From Candidatus Freyarchaeum deiterrae (GTDB taxonomy: Archaea > Asgardarchaeota > Jordiarchaeia > Jordiarchaeales > Jordiarchaeaceae), in assembly GCA_037305845.1 (NCBI GenBank), contig CP147778.1, forward strand, positions 2,848,001 to 2,912,000: 64,000 nt of DNA, given 5' to 3'. A model generated the notes under the pieces. It made no database searches and had not been told where the DNA came from. It saw only the letters and a list, made by a program, of their open reading frames with translations. Below, piece by piece: positions 58,471-64,000 of this stretch. Both the position numbers and the translations under genes were made by a program. How positions within the stretch are numbered: the stretch's first letter is position 1; every line of letters starts with the position of its first letter.

Positions 58471-59721
58471 TTACTCATATACTTTTTCTGCTATTTTGTG
58501 GGCTTCTATGGCGTCGAGTTCTATGTCTCTCTCCTTTTCCAGTTTGCCTCCCATGAGCTTCCGGTAGGCTTCGTGTTGGACAATCAGCTGCATGATTTCG
58601 TTTGAGCCGGTCCATATAACCCCAAGCCTTGCATCCCTCAGAGCCCTTTCAAGTGGATAAACCTGAGTGTATCCGATTCCGCCCACTATCTGCATGGCGT
58701 CGTTTATCACTTCCCATCCCATCTGGGTTGCGTACATCTTCGCTTCGGAGACCAGTCTCCTCGTCTCGGAGGAGTCGGGATTCGCGTCCGCCTGTTTAGC
58801 CGCCGTGAAAACCAGCGCCCGGGCTGCATCAAGTTTGGTTAGGCAATCCGCTATCTTGAAACTCACACCCTGGAACATTCTTATCGGGGCCCCGAAAGCC
58901 TTCCTCATACTCGCATACTTCATAGCCAGTTCCAGCGCCGCCCTCATACCCAGGCTACCTGCGGCGGAGGTCAGTCTTTCAGGAAGCATCATACGGTTAA
59001 AGATATCTTTACCTCGGTTTTCGCCCAGCAGAAGGTTCTCCGAAGGCACCTCCGCACCCTTAAGCTGTATCCGAGCGGTTCCCATACCCCTGAAACCCAA
59101 CAAACCGTAACTCTCCGCGATCTCTACTCCCATTTTCTTCTCCACAAGAAAGGCTGAGATTGCTTTCTCTCCAGGCACCTTTGGATCAGGATTTGTTCTC
59201 GCATAGAGCAGGAATAGGTCCGCGGCTTTTGCACCCGCTATGAAACGCTTTTCTCCAGTTAGGTAGTAGACGTCTCCGTCTTTTTCCGCAACTGTAGTTG
59301 TTCCGAAGAAATCCGAGCCTCCCCTGGGCTCCGTCAATCCCTCCGCTGAGACCATGTCCCCTTTCAGTATTGGAGCCAGATACTTTTTCTTGTGTTTCTC
59401 TATTCCGAAAGCGTTTATCGCTTCACCCACAATTATGGGCATGGAGTATGAGCATCCTAGTCCGTTTCCGAAGACCCCTATTTCCTCAAGCGCCAAGCAG
59501 TCTGCCACCCAGTCTAATTCCCGACCACCGTACTTTTTAGGAAACCTCAGTCCCAGAAGGTTTCTCCTTCCAGCTTCACGGTAAAAATCGAAGGGGTAGT
59601 CAACCTGTTCAGCGTCCATTGCTCTTAATAAGTCTGGATTGACCTGTTTCACAAAGTCTTTGACTTCGTCCCTAAGCTTAAGATGCGCCTCATCAAGGAA
59701 AATGTCGTTTTCCAGAACCAA
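58471..59721 (-). CDS. Acyl-CoA dehydrogenase
   Basis: LTEPRGGSD, LTGEKRFI, RKAFG, QIVGGIGY, RDAR...WTGSNEI. Confidence 0.93.
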   Translation of the reverse strand: MVLENDIFLDEAHLKLRDEVKDFVKQVNPDLLRAMDAEQVDYPFDFYREAGRRNLLGLRFPKKYGGRELDWVADCLALEEIGVFGNGLGCSYSMPIIVGEAINAFGIEKHKKKYLAPILKGDMVSAEGLTEPRGGSDFFGTTTVAEKDGDVYYLTGEKRFIAGAKAADLFLLYARTNPDPKVPGEKAISAFLVEKKMGVEIAESYGLLGFRGMGTARIQLKGAEVPSENLLLGENRGKDIFNRMMLPERLTSAAGSLGMRAALELAMKYASMRKAFGAPIRMFQGVSFKIADCLTKLDAARALVFTAAKQADANPDSSETRRLVSEAKMYATQMGWEVINDAMQIVGGIGYTQVYPLERALRDARLGVIWTGSNEIMQLIVQHEAYRKLMGGKLEKERDIELDAIEAHKIAEKVYE

Positions 59722-59963
59722 ATTAAAACCTCCAAAACAAAATTAGACCTTTTCTAATCCTCTCATAAACAAAAACTAATACTTAAAGATGATTAATCAA
59801 CCATGCAAACAGGGCTTGGACAAAATTAGTTCAACTCCTTTTTCTTAAAAGACGTTCACAACCCGAGTTTGAACCACGCTCCTAACACAAATCTCAACAC
59901 CCCCTCAATATAATAAGCAAGGCGTTCCTGAACGCTTTCACAGATAAGATAGAGTGCGTCTGT

Positions 59964-60043
59964 CTTCACCCAGTCAGAATGGATTTAAACATGTTCCAGT
60001 GAAATGGGTTTTTGAAGAAATAGAAACTAATTTAGCTAAGCCT
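59964..60043 (+). repeat. ~80-bp dispersed repeat, copy 1 (copy 2 at 62937-63019; degenerate inverted copy at 59812-59886)
   Basis: Shares GAATGGATTTAAACA and AAGAAATAGAAA.TAATTT...AAGCCT with 62937-63019. Confidence 0.6.
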
Positions 60044-60304
60044 ACTCAGCCTGATTATTCAACGATTATTCTTTTTGCATTCAGCCTAATTGAGCTAATC
60101 GGAAACAGAAACCGGATAAAAAGAAAAGTATTTCACTCACCAAGAAGAAAACCAGAAACCAGAACAGAATCGTAACTCACAAAGACCGTATAACTTCTTG
60201 GTTTTTCTGGTGCTGATTGGGACACCAATAATATTTAAATAAAAAAAGAGAAGCCGAAGGCAAAACCCCCGAACAAACGGATTAGCACCCTCGAGCCCCT
60301 ATTT

Positions 60305-62434
60305 TTAAGCTTTCACTCTACGGAAGTAGTACACCAAACCAACAGCAAGCACCACACCTACTACACAAGCAACACCCACAGCAGCGTAAACCATCGGACT
60401 GGTGCCTCCCTGCGTTCCAGCCAACGACAGCAGTATCAGAGATAGTGCTGGTTGCCACGAAGCCACGGTGAAGGACACTGAAGCGGTGGCGTTGTTACCC
60501 GCAAGGTCCCAGGCCCTAACATCAACAATGTGTAGGCCGTCGGACAAGTTGCTGAACGTGTAGCTGGTACTCGTTCCCATGTTGATCCAGGAGCCGTTGT
60601 CAATCCTGACATCGCAGTAGCTTATACCCGTACCACCAGTGTCGCTGCCGGTCCAGTTCACCGTAACACTACCAGTATTAAACGTCATACTATTGCTAGG
60701 AGAGGTTATGGCAACCGTGGGCGGAGTGGTGTCCACGATGAAGGACACTGAGGCGGTGGCGTTGTTACCCGCAAGGTCGAAGACCCTAACATCCACAGTG
60801 TGAGAACCGTCTGAGAGACCGGTGAAATTGTGGCTGGTACTCGTACCCACACTGGTCCAGTTTCCGCCGTCGATTCTGACCGCGTAGTGATCTACTATCG
60901 AGGGGACGCTAACAGTCCAAGTGGTGGTTATGATACTGCCGGTGTTAAACAGCGTACCATTGGTGGGTGAGGTGATGCTCACTGTGGGCGCGGTGGTGTC
61001 CACGGTGAATGTTTCCTGGTGGGATGTAGACATGTCGACTGTCCTAGGGTTGCTTCCTGCGATGGGGATCCCCTGATAGTACACGGTAACAGTGGTGGTG
61101 TTCGTAATCGTGGTATCGTTTGTTATGAATGTCCGGTAGGCGACAGCAATCCAGGGGGTGACACCATTAGAGTCGGTTTGAGGGTCTGAGCCACCAAAGT
61201 AAGACGAGCGATACACACTTGTTCCATCGGTCACAACATTAACTTCCGCACCCGAAATAGGGAAGCCCAGAACATCGGTGACGTTCACACGCAGATAGTA
61301 GGCCTCCACGCTACCCGTAAAATCATTATTAATACTGCCACTAATCCAAGAGTACCCTCCAGATTTACTGTTTAAAGCGGTGTTACCCGTAAGATTGTTG
61401 TTCGAGCTGTATTGTAGGTAGAAGCCGTAGTTGTTGTTTGTGGCGTTGTTACCATTAAGATTATTATTGTTACATCTATCACTTAGGAAGAAGCCGTTGC
61501 CGGTGTTGTTGTTTGCTGTGTTACCCGAAAGAGTATTATTATTCGAGGTTTGGTACAGGATGAAGCCGTATTGATAGTTGTTGTTTGCGGTGTTACCCGT
61601 AAGATTATTGTTCGAGCTGAAGTCTAGGCTGAAGCCCCAGTTGTTGTTGGTTGCGGTGTTACCCGTAAGAGTATTGTAGTTCGAGAATCTATATAGCCAG
61701 AAGCCTCTGACGTTGTTGTTGTTTGCTATGTTACCCGTAAGATTATTGTTCGAGCTGGAGTCTAGCCAGAAGCCCTGGCCGTTGTTGTTTGCTGTGTTAC
61801 CCGAAAGAATATTGCTCGAGCTGGAGGCTAGATAGAAGCCGTACCAGGGGTTGTTGTTTGCGGTGTTATTTGTAAGATTGTTGTTCGAACTGGAGGCTAG
61901 CCAGAAGCCTCTGTCGCCTTCGCTGTTTGCGGTGTTATTTGTAAGATTGTTGTTCGAACTGGAGACTAGGTAGAAGCCAAGGTCGTTGTTGGTTGCGGTG
62001 TTATTTGTAAGATTGTTGTAAGAGCTGGAGACTAGGTAAAAGCCGTATTGCCACCCTGTGACTGTGACGTTAAAGATGGTTACGTTGTTCCTCCCACTTA
62101 GGTAGAAGCCGTACTCGGTTCCGTTAGCGGGGCCCTGCACTGTGGATCCGTTTCCGTCTATCACTATGTTGTCCGCCAGCACATTTATCGTTTCAGTGTA
62201 GACGCCTCCGTTCAATGTTCTGCTGGAATCTATGTCCATCTTTGGTAGAATGATGGCGTTGTTAGGACTTGGCGAGACGCCCAGCAGGTAGGCGTTGATG
62301 AGCGGACAAGTGTTTTGGTTCTGGTTTTGAATTGCGGTGGCTGTGATGATAGTTGCTGTGAGGAGAACTGCTGCTAAGACTGCTGCTATCTTTAGTGCTT
62401 TTTTATTTGCTCTGATGTTTCTCATGTTTTTCAC
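60305..62434 (-). CDS. Cell-surface protein: signal helix, NosD/PbH1 beta-helix repeats, two Ig-like (Big) domains, C-terminal TM anchor
   Basis: 22-aa GFxLxxSSNNNLTxNTANNN repeats; DTTxPTVxITSP...DGxHxVDVRxxDLAGN twice; VLAVGLVYYFRR anchor. Confidence 0.9.
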   Translation of the reverse strand: MKNMRNIRANKKALKIAAVLAAVLLTATIITATAIQNQNQNTCPLINAYLLGVSPSPNNAIILPKMDIDSSRTLNGGVYTETINVLADNIVIDGNGSTVQGPANGTEYGFYLSGRNNVTIFNVTVTGWQYGFYLVSSSYNNLTNNTATNNDLGFYLVSSSNNNLTNNTANSEGDRGFWLASSSNNNLTNNTANNNPWYGFYLASSSSNILSGNTANNNGQGFWLDSSSNNNLTGNIANNNNVRGFWLYRFSNYNTLTGNTATNNNWGFSLDFSSNNNLTGNTANNNYQYGFILYQTSNNNTLSGNTANNNTGNGFFLSDRCNNNNLNGNNATNNNYGFYLQYSSNNNLTGNTALNSKSGGYSWISGSINNDFTGSVEAYYLRVNVTDVLGFPISGAEVNVVTDGTSVYRSSYFGGSDPQTDSNGVTPWIAVAYRTFITNDTTITNTTTVTVYYQGIPIAGSNPRTVDMSTSHQETFTVDTTAPTVSITSPTNGTLFNTGSIITTTWTVSVPSIVDHYAVRIDGGNWTSVGTSTSHNFTGLSDGSHTVDVRVFDLAGNNATASVSFIVDTTPPTVAITSPSNSMTFNTGSVTVNWTGSDTGGTGISYCDVRIDNGSWINMGTSTSYTFSNLSDGLHIVDVRAWDLAGNNATASVSFTVASWQPALSLILLSLAGTQGGTSPMVYAAVGVACVVGVVLAVGLVYYFRRVKA

Positions 62435-62936
62435 TCAGTTTTTTATGGTTAGTTTTTTTGTTGTAGAAACAGTAAAGTTTCCACGTAGGGCAAGGCTCCA
62501 ATTTTTGGAGACCTTGTTTCCCCTTCTTCTTCTTGTTGCCTGTACACAGCGCAGAAAGAGGGGGATTAGCTGTTTCAGTTAGTTTATTCCTCTTCTCCCC
62601 TCTTCTCTTCTCCCGTTTCACCCGTATCGTTAACGGTTTCTAGTTAGTTAGCTATTCAACGCTCTTTTTGAATGATTTATGTAAGTCCTTTATATGCTAG
62701 TGTTATATTTTTTATATATTTTTGAACATTGTAATAAATGTTGTTATTGGGGAGGGACACGTGTTCTCATCGTTTAACTGGCTGCATTGAAGAAGGAACA
62801 GCCTGGTTGAAACTCCCCCTTATCTAATCCTAGTGATCTTACTTTGCTCTCTACATGCCGTAGTACTTCTTTCTGTTTATCCGTATAGGCAGTCTACGGT
62901 CGGCTTGGCTTGGATGGGATGATAGTGGGTGTGGGG

Positions 62937-63019
62937 CTTCATCCAGTTAGAGGAATGGATTTAAACACGTACCGCGGAAGCGGTTTTTAAAGAAATAGAA
63001 ATTAATTTTGTCAAAGCCT
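62937..63019 (+). repeat. ~80-bp dispersed repeat, copy 2
   Basis: Similar to 59964-60043. Confidence 0.6.
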
Positions 63020-63283
63020 GCAAACAGAATTTACACAAATACTTCTTGTGAAAAAGGGGCTTGTTTTAGTTCCGAAGCTTGATTTTTTGAGAAAGGAGCG
63101 CTGTTAGGGTTAGCTGTGATTTTTCCGAAGAACAGATTACGCTTCTTTCGGTCTATCTTGGTGTTTTTAGTATCGTTGATTGGAACATGTTCGTTCACCT
63201 TTTCTTTTCTTTCTATTCTTTTCGTGTGTAAACAAAATATTTATTAGAAATATTCGCAAAACTAACATGGAAGTGATTAGTAA

Positions 63284-64000
63284 ATGACGCATTTTTCTTT
63301 TAGTTTTTCTCTTGTAGACCCTAATGGCAAAGAATTGAGTAGCGGAGAATGTGAAGCCGACCTTGAGGAAGACAGTCTTTCTATTCAACCAGAATCTGGT
63401 GATGCTTTGTTCATCTCACTTCGTGACATTCTTGAGATTTCGGCGGGAGATTATAAGATTAATCTTTTACTAAGCTCAAACGAGAAACTTAACCTTCTCA
63501 AACTCGGCCACAGTTATGAGGATTTCTTGAGAATTTTAAACGAGCAGCGAAATAATCTCATACTGAAAGATATGCTGGTTACTGAAAAACTTGCGAAGAA
63601 GTCCGATGTAGAAGCGAATTACACCTACACCGATGAAAACAACCAAAAGAAGCAGGAAGGAAAATGTACTCTTCGCTTGTACGAAACATCTCTGGTAGTG
63701 ATGCCTGAGAAGGCGGAGCTTATGAGAATTCCCATCAGTGATATTTCAGGATTTTCAAAGAAGGATTATTCACTTGTTGTTAATACAGAACTCGGAGAAA
63801 AACTGGTTTTCTCAATGATGGGAGCCCAGTTGGATCCCTTTACGAAAGCGTTGTCCGACGCAGACAATAAGCTCCAGCTCAAAGTGCAGTCTCTGCTAAA
63901 AGAGATTCTGCCAGAAATGGATCCGGCAACTATCAAAAAAGTATCCAAATTCATGAAAGAAGGAAGATTGGCTAAAAGAAGCGACATAGAATCGGTTTCC
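63284..64000 (+). CDS. Hypothetical protein with two tandem PH-like repeats; runs off the right edge
   Basis: Not in the ORF track; 239 open codons from ATG 63284 (MTHFSFSFSLVDPNGKELSSGECEADLEEDSLSIQPE...); GGAAGTGA RBS; visible internal repeat. Confidence 0.75.
   Translation, partial: MTHFSFSFSLVDPNGKELSSGECEADLEEDSLSIQPESGDALFISLRDILEISAGDYKINLLLSSNEKLNLLKLGHSYEDFLRILNEQRNNLILKDMLVTEKLAKKSDVEANYTYTDENNQKKQEGKCTLRLYETSLVVMPEKAELMRIPISDISGFSKKDYSLVVNTELGEKLVFSMMGAQLDPFTKALSDADNKLQLKVQSLLKEILPEMDPATIKKVSKFMKEGRLAKRSDIESVS

Noticed and set aside
59954-60175. 73-aa ORF overlapping the dispersed repeat
   Set aside because: The second repeat copy has a stop and a frameshift in this frame, so coding is not supported.
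623-63987. The many other short overlapping or antisense ORFs in the track
   Set aside because: They overlap well-supported genes in other frames or strands, or lie in AT-rich intergenic DNA without RBS or motifs.

Overview
Archaeal chromosomal window: TATA/BRE-like promoters, GGAGG/GGTG-type RBS, thiolase-DUF35 pair, TA0175-type HAD, Lrp and HTH-Zn-ribbon regulators. Several V4R-like proteins and the gene mix are compatible with an Asgard-type lineage, but that is inference only. Most genes are ordinary metabolism, stress and transport genes: Cu-ATPase/PadR-TRASH divergon, CBS-CGL transsulfuration operon, MrfAB-like helicase/exonuclease, VapBC, TspO, ClC, MgtA, thiolase, CoA-transferase, LLM oxidoreductases, MoxR-vWA, acyl-CoA dehydrogenase and a NosD/Ig surface protein. 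I recognised no rRNA, tRNA, CRISPR array, transposase, integrase or reverse transcriptase. The outstanding feature is a family of nine paralogous cytoplasmic proteins in two oppositely oriented tandem arrays (36898-41773 minus, 52686-58405 plus). Most have an N-terminal Zn ribbon, an acidic/Pro linker and 2 or 4 copies of a ~100-aa OB-fold-like module (24 modules plus one orphan). The module framework is homogenised, with identical DNA tracts between modules, while one loop is hypervariable. Every gene carries its own copy of a conserved ~110-128-bp promoter/operator spacer. Broken remnants lie at both ends of array 1, and a 20-bp exact copy of the operator precedes a membrane-protein gene between the arrays. 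Together this looks like a recombination-diversified, co-regulated binding repertoire of unknown function. Other notable items are a ~1-kb islet bounded by a duplicated helicase 3' end, a radical SAM-PolX 8-kDa domain fusion, and a partial tandem PH-like protein at the right edge.
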